Below are positions 38,783 to 48,453 of a stretch of 64,000 nt of DNA, piece after piece. The DNA lies in contig OZ271918.1 of the NCBI GenBank assembly GCA_965602015.1, forward strand, positions 2,048,001 through 2,112,000, given 5' to 3'. The DNA is from Salinispira sp. GTDB taxonomy: Bacteria > Spirochaetota > Spirochaetia > DSM-27196 > Salinispiraceae. The position numbers were made by a program, and so were the translations under genes. The notes beneath the pieces are model-generated. The model was not told the DNA's origin and ran no database searches. It saw only the letters and a list, made by a program, of their open reading frames with translations. The stretch's first letter is position 1. Every line of letters starts with the position of its first letter.

Positions 38783-38936
38783 TCCGGGTTCCTCCTCGGA
38801 TTTTTCGCTGAAGCGCTCCGGCTCCCGCGCCAGGGCTTTCGCGCTTCTCAAGCACCCGCTTTGTGGCCCGCGCTTGGTCCCGTCCGCTGTTCCTCCCGCA
38901 CCCTGTTCCGGCGTATTGCTTCCAACGCCTCGGCGA

Positions 38937-40139
38937 TTAACGAAGCAGCCTGTCTGCCCTCCACCAGTAAATATCCACGCCTTCCGGGTCTCCCAGCAGA
39001 CCGGTAATTATGCCGTCCCGGGACACCTGGTAATCACTGGCGAAAATCTCGGGATTTTCAATTCGCAATCTTCGACGGGAAATGAGATTCCCGTTTCGGT
39101 CCATGATAATCAGGCTCTGCTCAAACCCGCTTGTCCTGCCGAGGAAAAATAAGTGCCCTCCGTCAGCGGTGCCGATAAAATCGTAGAGATACTGGATCTC
39201 CTGCATGCCGCCGGCGCCGGGAAGGGTTTGGGTGTTTTCGGGCAGCAGGAAAAAATCCCGGTAAATTCCTTCGGGGAGGTCGAGGCTGTACACCCGGGAC
39301 TCTACGCCCCGGTTTTCCGGAAGGATGTAATCAATCTGCATGTACAAGCGGAGATCTTCGGTATCCGGGCGTATCCCCGATAGTGAGGGACTGATGGAAG
39401 GGTCGGGCCCCGCCGGCAGATGAGCTTCGTCTATCCGAACGGCGAACAGCGCATCCCCTTCGGCATTGTACCAAAAGACTTCATATTCCGGACCGTTGCG
39501 GGTCGTGACGACGATATGATCGTTCGACGTAACTTCCAGGCCCATAATATGGGCAAATGGGGTGCCGCCAACGCCTTCCTGGCCAATGTAGTCGAGGTGC
39601 TGCCCGTCGGGGGCAAAGCGATGCACCACATGCTGAAGGACTGCGGCACTATCCTGATCAATCAGACGGCGCTCCGGAGCAACATGGTCCTCGGCCAGGA
39701 GTACATGGTTCGAGGTCACCGCGATTTCACCGATATCGTTAAAGGGAAAAACCACGGCAGTGCGGTTGACGATGGTGTCCTCGGACTGCAATGGAGACAG
39801 AAGGACCGGACGGGGGTTTTGATCCTCGTTATATTTTAGGGACAGCAAATCTCCGTAGGATGAAAACTCCATAATTTTGGCGCCCAGGGAGTTGGCTACA
39901 AAAATAAGTCCCTGATACATAAAGACGCGGTTCTTACGGTTGGGAAGGACAAGTCCGCGGTGAAAAAGATCGATCTCATCCTCAAGAAGTCCGATATTCA
40001 CGGTAAACAGCTTTTCTGCGGGCAAAATCTCTCCGCTGTCGCGCAGCGGCGAGCATGAAGTAACAGCACTCATCACAATGAGCAATATGATAATCACAGA
40101 TGTGGAAAAACCCGGGAAACGGGCAGCGGGCCGATGCAT
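38937..40139 (-). CDS. Spirochete lipoprotein, probable beta-propeller (LIC_12708-like)
   Basis: Lipobox-like VTSC; KIMEFSSYGDLL and DYIGQEGVGGTPF motifs; divergent from secA. Confidence 0.7.
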   Translation of the reverse strand: MHRPAARFPGFSTSVIIILLIVMSAVTSCSPLRDSGEILPAEKLFTVNIGLLEDEIDLFHRGLVLPNRKNRVFMYQGLIFVANSLGAKIMEFSSYGDLLSLKYNEDQNPRPVLLSPLQSEDTIVNRTAVVFPFNDIGEIAVTSNHVLLAEDHVAPERRLIDQDSAAVLQHVVHRFAPDGQHLDYIGQEGVGGTPFAHIMGLEVTSNDHIVVTTRNGPEYEVFWYNAEGDALFAVRIDEAHLPAGPDPSISPSLSGIRPDTEDLRLYMQIDYILPENRGVESRVYSLDLPEGIYRDFFLLPENTQTLPGAGGMQEIQYLYDFIGTADGGHLFFLGRTSGFEQSLIIMDRNGNLISRRRLRIENPEIFASDYQVSRDGIITGLLGDPEGVDIYWWRADRLLR

Positions 40140-40145
40140 GCTCAG

Positions 40146-40174
40146 ATACTAATGATGGCCCGCTGCTCTGTCAA
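40146..40174 (-). promoter_or_regulatory. sigma70 promoter of the lipoprotein gene (leaderless geometry)
   Basis: TTGACA-N17-TAGTAT-N6-ATG. Confidence 0.75.
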
Positions 40175-40176
40175 TC

Positions 40177-40205
40177 TTGACCCTCCAGTACCCTCTGTAT
40201 AGACT
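40177..40205 (+). promoter_or_regulatory. sigma70 promoter of secA (leaderless geometry)
   Basis: TTGACC-N17-TAGACT-N6-ATG. Confidence 0.75.
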
Positions 40206-40211
40206 CAGACC

Positions 40212-42980
40212 ATGTTTTCCCGTTTACTCGAATCCCTTTTCGGATCCAAACACGATAATGACTTAAAAGAGCTTCTTCCCCTTCTCCACTCGGTGAATGA
40301 AAAAGAACTGTGGGCCCGGTCGCTGGGCGACGCTGATTTCCCACGGGAAACCGAGAGACTCAAGGGTCGGTACCACAAAGACGGAGACCTGGATGCGCTG
40401 ATTCCCGAGGCCTTCGCGATGGTGCGCGAGGCCGCCCGGCGCAAACTGGGTGAACGTCCCTACGATGTCCAGATTTTGGGCGGCATTGCCCTCCACCAGG
40501 GCAGGATAATGGAGCTCAAAACCGGGGAAGGAAAAACCCTGTCCTCGGTAGCGCCGGCCTACCTGAATGCCCTCTCGGGCAAGGGCGTGCATATGGTCAC
40601 GGTCAACGACTATCTTGCCCGACGAGACGCCGATTGGATGCGCCCCATTTTTGAGACATTGGGTCTTACAGTCGGCTATGTGGTAAGCCAGCTGCCCCTT
40701 GAACAGCGGAAAGAAGCCTACGATTGCGATATCACCTATGCGACAAACAACGAAATAGCCTTCGACTACCTCCGGGACAACATGCGCTATTCCCGCCGGG
40801 AAAAGATGCAGCGGGGGCACAACTACTGCATTATTGACGAAATCGACTCCATACTCATCGACGGCGCCCGGACTCCCCTCATTATTTCAGGTGCGACCAG
40901 AGAAGATACAGGCAAGTACCGGGAGGCCAAAAAAGTCATCCGGGAGCTGCGGGAGTGCGATAAGGATCCGGATACCGGTGATTATCCCGAAGAGCCGGTC
41001 GGCGATTTCAAAATCGACGAGAAAAATAAAAAAGTGAGCTTCACCGATGCGGGACTGGATAATCTGGAAAAAGCCTGCGTCAAGGCGGGGGTATTCTCCG
41101 GCAGCCTGTACGACAGCGAAAACTTTGAGTTCATCCACTTTGCCACTCAGGCACTGAGAGCCGCCAGGCTGTTTCATCTGGATACCCAATATGTGGTGAA
41201 GGACGGCAAAGTCGAAATTGTCGATGAATTCACCGGGCGTATTCTCCACGGCCGCCGGTACTCCGAGGGCCTGCATCAGGCAATCGAGGCGAAGGAAGGC
41301 ATACAGATCCAGCAGCGAAGCCGTACGCTGGCCAGCATTACCTTTCAGAACTTCTTCAGGATGTACGGCAAAATAAGCGGCATGACCGGCACCGCGGCCA
41401 CCGAAGAAAAAGAATTCATGAAGATTTACGGTCTGGACGTGGCGGTTATTCCCACCAACCGGCCGGTAATCCGGGATGATCAGGATGATCTGATATTTCT
41501 CGATGAACAAAGCAAATTCGATGCGATTTGCGAAGAAATAAAACAGGTCAGCGCCGCGGGACAGCCAATACTGGTGGGAACGGTTTCCATAGAAAAGTCC
41601 GAGCGACTCTCCGCACTGTTGACCAAGCGCGGTGTGCGCCATGAAGTGCTCAACGCTAAAAATCATGCCCGGGAGGCCCTTATCGTCGCGGAGGCCGGGG
41701 CCAAAGGCTCGGTAACCATTGCCACAAACATGGCGGGCCGGGGTACCGACATAAAACTGGGAGGAAACCCGGAATTCCGGGCCCGTAAGGCCGCAGGCAC
41801 CGACGCCAGTGACGAGGCCTATGAGGCCGCCTTTGAAAAAGAACGCCTGCGCTGGCAGAAGGAAAATGCCGAAGTAAAGGATCTTGGCGGTTTGTATATC
41901 CTGGGAACCGAACGCCATGAAAGCCGCCGTATCGACAATCAGCTTCGGGGTCGCAGCGGCCGTCAGGGGGACCCCGGCCGGAGCCGGTTTTTCCTGTCCA
42001 TGGACGATGAGCTCATGCGCCTTTTCGGGGGCGGAACCGGAAACGTAAAGGCCCTCATGGCCCGCGCCGGCATGAAGGGAGATATGGCAATGAACCACCC
42101 CCTTCTTAACCGCGCCATCGAGCGGGCTCAGAACAAGGTTGAAGAGCGGAACTTTGAAATCAGGAAGCACCTGCTGCAGTACGACGATGTGCTGAATGAA
42201 CAGCGCAAATTCGTGTACGCCCAACGGGATGAAATCCTCACTGACGATAATCTTGTTGAGCGGGTTCAGCGAAGTCTGGAGGACATCGTTACCGGATGGG
42301 CCGAAGAGTACGGCGAAAAGCAGCCGATCGATTCCGCCAATATCAGCGATCTGCAGGATTTCCTCAAGGAAGATCTATTTTACAGCCTCGACGGCACTCT
42401 CGAAAAGGAACTGATTGGCCTCAACGCGTCGCAAGCCGCGAAGCGCATAAGCGCTTATATGGCGGAGGAACTCGGGAAGAAGGTTCAGGCCATCGGAAAT
42501 GATATTCTAAATCAGGCATTGCGCCGGGAATACCTGGTAAGCATCGATATGGGCTGGCAGGATCACCTCGAGAGTCTCGACGCCCTGAGAGAGTCGGTAT
42601 ACCTTCGTACCTATGCCCAGAAGAATCCATTGCTGGAGTACAAGCTCGAGGGCTTTCAGATTTTTGATGAAATGCTCTACCGGATCCGCCGCGGCGTGGC
42701 TCGCAAACTCATAAACGTCAAAGTTGAGGGGCTTGAGAATCCGGTTCAGGTTCACGCGCCGACGGCCCAGCTCAGCCACCGGGAAGTAAACCTTCTCGGC
42801 CAGGGCGCCGGGCCAGCAGCGGCAGGCAAGGCCGGTTCAGCACCGGCTCCCCGGCGCAGCAGGGGTCCTCTGCCGGGACAACGGGTGGTTACGGTTACCC
42901 GCAATCAGCCAAAGGTGGGAAGAAATGACCCCTGCCCCTGCGGCAGCGGGAAAAAGTACAAGCATTGCCATGGCGCATAA
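40212..42980 (+). CDS. secA: Preprotein translocase ATPase SecA
   Basis: [50 protein letters not shown] motif [19 protein letters not shown]. Confidence 0.99.
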   Translation: MFSRLLESLFGSKHDNDLKELLPLLHSVNEKELWARSLGDADFPRETERLKGRYHKDGDLDALIPEAFAMVREAARRKLGERPYDVQILGGIALHQGRIMELKTGEGKTLSSVAPAYLNALSGKGVHMVTVNDYLARRDADWMRPIFETLGLTVGYVVSQLPLEQRKEAYDCDITYATNNEIAFDYLRDNMRYSRREKMQRGHNYCIIDEIDSILIDGARTPLIISGATREDTGKYREAKKVIRELRECDKDPDTGDYPEEPVGDFKIDEKNKKVSFTDAGLDNLEKACVKAGVFSGSLYDSENFEFIHFATQALRAARLFHLDTQYVVKDGKVEIVDEFTGRILHGRRYSEGLHQAIEAKEGIQIQQRSRTLASITFQNFFRMYGKISGMTGTAATEEKEFMKIYGLDVAVIPTNRPVIRDDQDDLIFLDEQSKFDAICEEIKQVSAAGQPILVGTVSIEKSERLSALLTKRGVRHEVLNAKNHAREALIVAEAGAKGSVTIATNMAGRGTDIKLGGNPEFRARKAAGTDASDEAYEAAFEKERLRWQKENAEVKDLGGLYILGTERHESRRIDNQLRGRSGRQGDPGRSRFFLSMDDELMRLFGGGTGNVKALMARAGMKGDMAMNHPLLNRAIERAQNKVEERNFEIRKHLLQYDDVLNEQRKFVYAQRDEILTDDNLVERVQRSLEDIVTGWAEEYGEKQPIDSANISDLQDFLKEDLFYSLDGTLEKELIGLNASQAAKRISAYMAEELGKKVQAIGNDILNQALRREYLVSIDMGWQDHLESLDALRESVYLRTYAQKNPLLEYKLEGFQIFDEMLYRIRRGVARKLINVKVEGLENPVQVHAPTAQLSHREVNLLGQGAGPAAAGKAGSAPAPRRSRGPLPGQRVVTVTRNQPKVGRNDPCPCGSGKKYKHCHGA

Positions 42981-43037
42981 ATCGCGCCGAAAACCTGCGA
43001 CGCGAATTTCCCAACGGAAAACCCGCGACGAGCATAT

Positions 43038-43083
43038 AAAAAAGGCTGTCTGAGAAAACCTCAGACAGCCTTTTGCTTTTTTT
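43038..43083. terminator. Bidirectional intrinsic terminator
   Basis: AAAAGGCTGTCTGAG-AAAAC-CTCAGACAGCCTTTT with A and T tracts on either side. Confidence 0.9.
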
Positions 43084-43154
43084 ATGCCGCGATGCCTCGA
43101 TACCGCGATGCGGCGTCAGATCGTCATTCTGCCACAGCGGACTTTGCTCACGTA

Positions 43155-43280
43155 CTATGGAGTTTCTCCGGCGGTTACCCGAGTTTCAACCAGTTCGTCC
43201 CCCGAGCGGTCGATGGTGTAGGCATTGATAAAAGTGAAAACCGCAAGCAGCAAAATAATGACAATGGCGATGCGTCGCAT
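43155..43280 (-). CDS. Small (41-aa) exported or membrane peptide, not in the ORF track
   Basis: MRRIAIVIILLLAVFTFINAYTIDRSGDELVETRVTAGETP; SD GAGGGG 7 nt upstream; terminator downstream. Confidence 0.65.
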   Translation of the reverse strand: MRRIAIVIILLLAVFTFINAYTIDRSGDELVETRVTAGETP

Positions 43281-43327
43281 TATGTGTCCCCTCGATAATT
43301 AAATAGCCATTTAGGAATGGCTTTATT

Positions 43328-44611
43328 CTAATGCAAATACGGCAAAGGGTCTACCGGCTCGCCGTCCTTAAACATGCTGAAATGCAAATGCGGCCCGGTG
43401 GAACGCCCGGTATTACCCATGTATCCGATTATCTGATTTTGACTGACGTACTGTCCCCTGACAACGCTTGCCGTATTGAGATGGGCATAGAGGGTTTGAA
43501 AGCCCCGGGGATGTTCTATGACCACGAATCTTCCATAGTTCCCTATCTGACTCTCCACGAGACGGACGGTACCGGCCATTGATGCCCTGATGGGAGTTCC
43601 AACACGGTTGGCCCAATCAACGCCGTTGTGAAACCGCCGGACGCCGGTGAACGGATCATTGCGCATGCCAAAGCCCGAGGTGAAGCGGCCTATGGTGGGA
43701 TAGATAAACAGCTCGCCGATGGCGAGGCGTAAATCAGTCTCATTCATCCGAGCGCCGGGAATAAAAATCTCCTGGCCTGGGCGAATTTCCGAGCTCTCCA
43801 GGGCGTTTACGTCCAGGATTGCATTGAGATTAACCCCGTAATCCGCAGCCAGGCCCATGAGGGTGTCTCCCCGCTGAACATCATGGAGAAGACCGTTTCT
43901 GTCGGGCAGCAAAAGCACCTGGCCCTCGATGATTCTCTGGGCGTTTTCCAGGCGGTTGTAGCTGATAATCGTGTCCATGTTGAGGCCGTGATCATCGGCT
44001 ATCTGGCTGACGCTGTTTCTCGGCCGGACGGTATACTCAGAAACCCTGAGTACTTCGAAACGCGCGAGGTCAAAATCTTCTCCCTCTTCCACCGTCCCCG
44101 ACGAAGCCAGGGCGTTGCCCCGAATAAAGGCGCCGGAATACACATTACCGGGAAGGCTAAACTTCGACGGACTGATAATGCGAAAAAGCGCCGAGGGACT
44201 GGTGAGAATAATTATAAGAACTCCAAGAAACAGAAAAAAATTGCTGACGAATATGGCGTCCAGGGCAGTAAATACCCGGTTTTCACCGCTTTTGCGTGTG
44301 CTTGTACCTCTCGACGGAGCGAAGGTATTGATCACCGCCGACGTATCCGTGAAGCTTTGCCGGCGGGGGAAGTCAATGATGCTAGCCTGGTTTTTAATTT
44401 CCCGGGCCCGGGTCAGTAGGGAGCCAGTCCGGTTCCGCTCGGTTCGCCCGGAGGGTTCAATATTCAGACTGCGCTCCAAAAGCGGCGCTTCGTCGGCTTC
44501 AGCGGGAAAAGTAATATCGCGGTTGGTATAGCTGTCAGGTCGGCGGTTAAATGTGATGTCTTCAGAAGCCTTTCGGCGATTTATGTGCTGTTCCTTGATG
44601 AGGCTGTTCAT
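43328..44611 (-). CDS. Membrane-anchored LysM/M23 peptidoglycan endopeptidase
   Basis: TM helix, two LysM repeats, HNGVD (HxxxD) and STGPHLHF. Confidence 0.92.
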   Translation of the reverse strand: MNSLIKEQHINRRKASEDITFNRRPDSYTNRDITFPAEADEAPLLERSLNIEPSGRTERNRTGSLLTRAREIKNQASIIDFPRRQSFTDTSAVINTFAPSRGTSTRKSGENRVFTALDAIFVSNFFLFLGVLIIILTSPSALFRIISPSKFSLPGNVYSGAFIRGNALASSGTVEEGEDFDLARFEVLRVSEYTVRPRNSVSQIADDHGLNMDTIISYNRLENAQRIIEGQVLLLPDRNGLLHDVQRGDTLMGLAADYGVNLNAILDVNALESSEIRPGQEIFIPGARMNETDLRLAIGELFIYPTIGRFTSGFGMRNDPFTGVRRFHNGVDWANRVGTPIRASMAGTVRLVESQIGNYGRFVVIEHPRGFQTLYAHLNTASVVRGQYVSQNQIIGYMGNTGRSTGPHLHFSMFKDGEPVDPLPYLH

Positions 44612-44661
44612 ATACTAACTATCGTCAATCTTGAACGGCCTCATGAATTGATTTTCCGGCC

Positions 44662-44690
44662 TTTCCACGATAATTAGAAGCGGGTAATAT
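44662..44690 (+). promoter_or_regulatory. Putative sigma70 promoter of ftsI (leaderless geometry)
   Basis: TTTCCA-N17-TAATAT-N6-GTG. Confidence 0.5.
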
Positions 44691-44696
44691 AAAGCG

Positions 44697-46574
44697 GTGA
44701 ACAGCGCTGCCAGCAACCGCAGAATCTATATTATCGCCACAGTTCTGGGAATCTTCGCTCTCGCCCTTGTAGTTCATTACGCCGGCATAATGCTGTCCGG
44801 CTCCGATAATGATGGAGGGAGCGGACCGGGATTTGCCGTCGAACGCGGTCCTATTCTGGACCGAAACGGCAGATTAATGGCAATTCAGTCCGAGCTGCCC
44901 ACGGTAACCGTATGGACCCCGTTTGTCGAAGACCGCGAATCTACCGCAGGCCAGCTCGCAGCAGTGCTCAATCTTGATTATGATGTTGTTCTCGCAAGCC
45001 TCTCCCTGGAAAATCGGGATGTTATCATTAAGCGCACTATCACCCCCTCAGAGGCGGAGGTGCTTGAGCTTCTGAAACAGCAGGGCGAACTGCCCGGGGT
45101 AAACCTCCGGCGGGATTTCGGGAGGATATATCCCGAGGGACGCAGCGCTGCTCACGTGCTTGGCTTCACCGGCATAGATAATGTGGGCCTTGAAGGCATT
45201 GAGCTGACGCAAAACGCCGTTTTGCGACCCGAGAGCCCGTCGGGCGGACGAATCTTCGGCAACCAGATTTTCCTTACCATAGACTCGGTGATTCAGCACG
45301 CGATGGAAGAAATCGGGGAGCGCCTCATGGATCTGCACGATCCGGATTCCGTCATGATTTTGGTAGCTGATGCTCCCAGCGGGGAGCTTTTAAGCTATGT
45401 GAGCCTCCCGGATTATGATCCCAACTCCTTTTCAGAATACAGCGAGGATGACCGACGCAATCGGCCTATCCAGATGTCCTATGAACCCGGCTCGGTTTTC
45501 AAGGTTTTTTCCGTCGCCTCCTTCTTGCATCTGGGCGGAATATCCGGTTCTTCGGTGTTCGACACCGCCGGTGGGTATACCAATAGCCAAATCGATATTC
45601 CCATAACCGACCTGGGTAATTACGGGATTGTGAATCCCGAAGGCATTATCAGACTGAGCTCGAATGTGGGGGCGGCATTCGCATCTGATACCGTCGACCG
45701 GGAAAGCTTCTATTTTATGTTGAGACAGTTTGGATTCGGGCAGCGCAGCGGATTCCCTCTGAACGGAGAGGCCCGGGGCTTATTGGCCCCGGAATCCCGC
45801 TGGTCGGGCCGAAGCAAACCCACCATTGCCATCGGCCAGGAAATCGGGGTGACGGGAATTCAAATGATCCAGGCCGCCACCGCCCTCGCCAACGACGGGG
45901 TTATGATCCGGCCTCAGATTATCCGTAAAATCGTCAGTCCCTCCGGCGAGGTTCTCAGCGAGTCCCGCAGGGAACCGGTCAGGGAAGTCATACAGAGCTC
46001 GGTGGCCGATCAGATGCTGCAGTATATGCTTGCGGCCAGCGGTCCCAACGGAACCGGGCGACGAGCCGCCGTCGAGGGCATAAATATATCCGTGAAAACC
46101 GGAACCGCGGAGGTAATCGACCCCGAGACCGGCCGATACTCCGATGAACTGTTCATTGCCAGCACTCTTGCAATATTTCCCACGGAAAACCCTCGTCTCA
46201 TAGTCTACGTCGTTATTCAGCATCCTCGGGGCGACAGTTTTCTCGGAGGGGTAATCGCCGCTCCGGCCGTGAAGGAAATCGCGGACTTTCTCATCCCCTA
46301 CCTGCAGATAAACTCAGGAGAAGCAAACCGGCTGCCCCTGCCGCCGAATGTGGAAATTTTCGAACCCCAACTGCCCGACATTGCCGAAACCATACCGGAC
46401 TTCCGCGGCCTGCCCCTCAAGACCGTACTTCCGCTGTATTCTCGGGAAGACATGTTCGTTCAAATTCAAGGCCGCGGTTGGGTGGTACGGCAGGAACCGG
46501 CCCCGGGAAGCCCCTACGCCGAAGGCATGGAGCTCACCTTATTTCTCGACGACGACCGGGAGCCGGAAGAGTGA
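44697..46574 (+). CDS. ftsI: Class B penicillin-binding protein (FtsI-like) with C-terminal PASTA domain
   Basis: RGPILDRNG, RIYPEG, EPGSVFK (SxxK), SSN, KTGTA. Confidence 0.85.
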   Translation: MNSAASNRRIYIIATVLGIFALALVVHYAGIMLSGSDNDGGSGPGFAVERGPILDRNGRLMAIQSELPTVTVWTPFVEDRESTAGQLAAVLNLDYDVVLASLSLENRDVIIKRTITPSEAEVLELLKQQGELPGVNLRRDFGRIYPEGRSAAHVLGFTGIDNVGLEGIELTQNAVLRPESPSGGRIFGNQIFLTIDSVIQHAMEEIGERLMDLHDPDSVMILVADAPSGELLSYVSLPDYDPNSFSEYSEDDRRNRPIQMSYEPGSVFKVFSVASFLHLGGISGSSVFDTAGGYTNSQIDIPITDLGNYGIVNPEGIIRLSSNVGAAFASDTVDRESFYFMLRQFGFGQRSGFPLNGEARGLLAPESRWSGRSKPTIAIGQEIGVTGIQMIQAATALANDGVMIRPQIIRKIVSPSGEVLSESRREPVREVIQSSVADQMLQYMLAASGPNGTGRRAAVEGINISVKTGTAEVIDPETGRYSDELFIASTLAIFPTENPRLIVYVVIQHPRGDSFLGGVIAAPAVKEIADFLIPYLQINSGEANRLPLPPNVEIFEPQLPDIAETIPDFRGLPLKTVLPLYSREDMFVQIQGRGWVVRQEPAPGSPYAEGMELTLFLDDDREPEE

Positions 46575-48352
46575 AGTATTCTATTGAGAAAAACGAACGG
46601 GGCATACTCTGCGCCAGCATTAACGGAATAACCCTTCACAGTACCCGCAATCCCGAACGGGAAGCCGCTTCCCTGATTGAGCGCGGCATACAGGGTGACC
46701 CTCCCGGAGTCCTGGTGTTCGGCGCGGGTCTAGGATACCATCTCGAGGCAATCCGTCGAGTCGATCAGAAGATTTCTATAATCTGCATCGAGCCCGAAGC
46801 CGAATGGATCGATAATGCCGGTTCAGCCGGCCGGGACCCCCGGAGCTACTGCGATGTGCTGATACTCTGCAGCGAAGAAAACTGGGAGGAGAGGGCCTAC
46901 GACTACCTGCACCAGGACTTTCAGTTGCTCAGCCTTGCCCCTTACCGTCAGATATACCCGGAGATTAGCGCCTCACTTCAGGCCCTGCACTACCGGAATG
47001 AAAACCGGCGGCAGGTAAACCGGAACACCCTGAAGCGATTTGGCACCCGCTGGGTAAGCAATCTCATTCAAAATCATCTGCTTCATCCCCAGGAGCGGGG
47101 TATCAACAGATTCATCGCGGCGTTTTCCGGCCTGCCGGCACTGATTCTCGCCGGCGGACCAAGTCTGACAGACGTTCTTTCAAACCTGGAAACCCTGCGA
47201 AGGAAAATGATCATTGTCGCGGTGGACACCGCCTACCTTCCCTGCCTTCGGGAGGGAGTTGAACCGGATTTTGTTTTGGCCGTGGACCCCCAGTACTGGA
47301 ACACAAAGCACATCGAAGCAAGCGCCCGAACTACCCCTGATGAGGCAGACAGGCTCCAAAAGCGGGCCGTCCTTGTCTCCGAATCATCGGCCCACCCGCG
47401 AAGCTTCAGATTGCTTGAAAATGAAGCGGTGTTCAGCCAGTCGCTTTTCCCCCTCGGGCGATTCTTCGAGGCCGGGCTTGAACCGCGGATTCCCTTGGGC
47501 TCCGGCGGTTCGGTGGCGACCACTGCCTGGGATTTCCTGAGGATAAGCGGATGCACCAGCATATACGCAGCGGGTCTGGATATGGGCTTTCCCCGCCGGC
47601 AGACCCACTTCAAAGGCTCGTATTTCGAGGAGAGCATCGCCTATTCCGGTCACAGGCTGGAACCATGTGAGCAGGTATCAGCATTATATCTGTATTCGGG
47701 GTCCCTTAAACGAAGCGAAAATTACCGTGGTGAGCCAATGCTCAGCGACCGTCGTATGGACGTCTACTGTAACTGGTTCGAACTTCAGTCTAAGAATAAT
47801 CCCCAGCTGTCTACCTGGTCTCTAAACGGCCAAAGCAGAAAAATTTCCGGATTCGAGCTTTCGGATTGCAGCGAACTGCTGGAGCTGCCGGATATCCGGC
47901 CTGAGATTGATCGGCGTATACAGGAGCGAATGGATATACCGGTGATCGACGGCGGCGGACCCGGCAGCGCGGAAGAGGATGGGGTTCACAACCGTCTTTT
48001 TACCCTGAAGGCCTTTCTCAAGAGGTTATCCCGAGTCTGCGGCGAGGCCCGGAAGGCCATTGAGGAATCGGAGCACGATTCCCCTGACTCGGCATCAGGG
48101 CTGCTGGCCTTCCTTGATGAGACTGATAAGAAAATTCTCTCGGAGGAGAACAGGCGAATTGCGGGTTTTCTCATAAACGATGTCACTGATTCCCTCGCCA
48201 CCGGCAAACCTGCCGAAACTCTCGATGAAGCGATACAGCGTTCGGATCTTTTGTATCAAAAACTCCAGGAAAGCGCCGACAGCCACATGAACCTCATCAC
48301 CCGCTACGAGAATCGATTCAAGTTTTCACCGAATGCATCCGAGAATAAGTAA
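46571..48352 (+). CDS. Motility-associated factor (Maf) flagellin glycosyltransferase family
   Basis: LHSTRNPEREA, FGAGLGYHL, AGGPSL, VAVDTA, EPDFVLAVDP, GGSVATTA, GLDMGF. Confidence 0.8.
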   Translation: MKYSIEKNERGILCASINGITLHSTRNPEREAASLIERGIQGDPPGVLVFGAGLGYHLEAIRRVDQKISIICIEPEAEWIDNAGSAGRDPRSYCDVLILCSEENWEERAYDYLHQDFQLLSLAPYRQIYPEISASLQALHYRNENRRQVNRNTLKRFGTRWVSNLIQNHLLHPQERGINRFIAAFSGLPALILAGGPSLTDVLSNLETLRRKMIIVAVDTAYLPCLREGVEPDFVLAVDPQYWNTKHIEASARTTPDEADRLQKRAVLVSESSAHPRSFRLLENEAVFSQSLFPLGRFFEAGLEPRIPLGSGGSVATTAWDFLRISGCTSIYAAGLDMGFPRRQTHFKGSYFEESIAYSGHRLEPCEQVSALYLYSGSLKRSENYRGEPMLSDRRMDVYCNWFELQSKNNPQLSTWSLNGQSRKISGFELSDCSELLELPDIRPEIDRRIQERMDIPVIDGGGPGSAEEDGVHNRLFTLKAFLKRLSRVCGEARKAIEESEHDSPDSASGLLAFLDETDKKILSEENRRIAGFLINDVTDSLATGKPAETLDEAIQRSDLLYQKLQESADSHMNLITRYENRFKFSPNASENK

Positions 48353-48373
48353 TAGAGAGCTAGTCCCTCTCTT

Positions 48374-48412
48374 AAACGGTATGCATTCGACGTCCAGGCA
48401 TACCGTTTTTTT
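48374..48412 (+). terminator. Intrinsic terminator between convergent operons
   Basis: AAACGGTATGC/GCATACCGTTT stem followed by T7. Confidence 0.75.
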
Positions 48413-48453
48413 ATGCCCAAACGGCTAAACCGCCGGATTAGCTTATTGAAGCT

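Noticed and set aside
42981..43154. Short direct repeats (GAAAnCCnGCGACG; CCGCGATGC) around the secA terminator, as CRISPR or REP elements
   Set aside because: Only two short copies each, with no repeat-spacer periodicity and no cas genes
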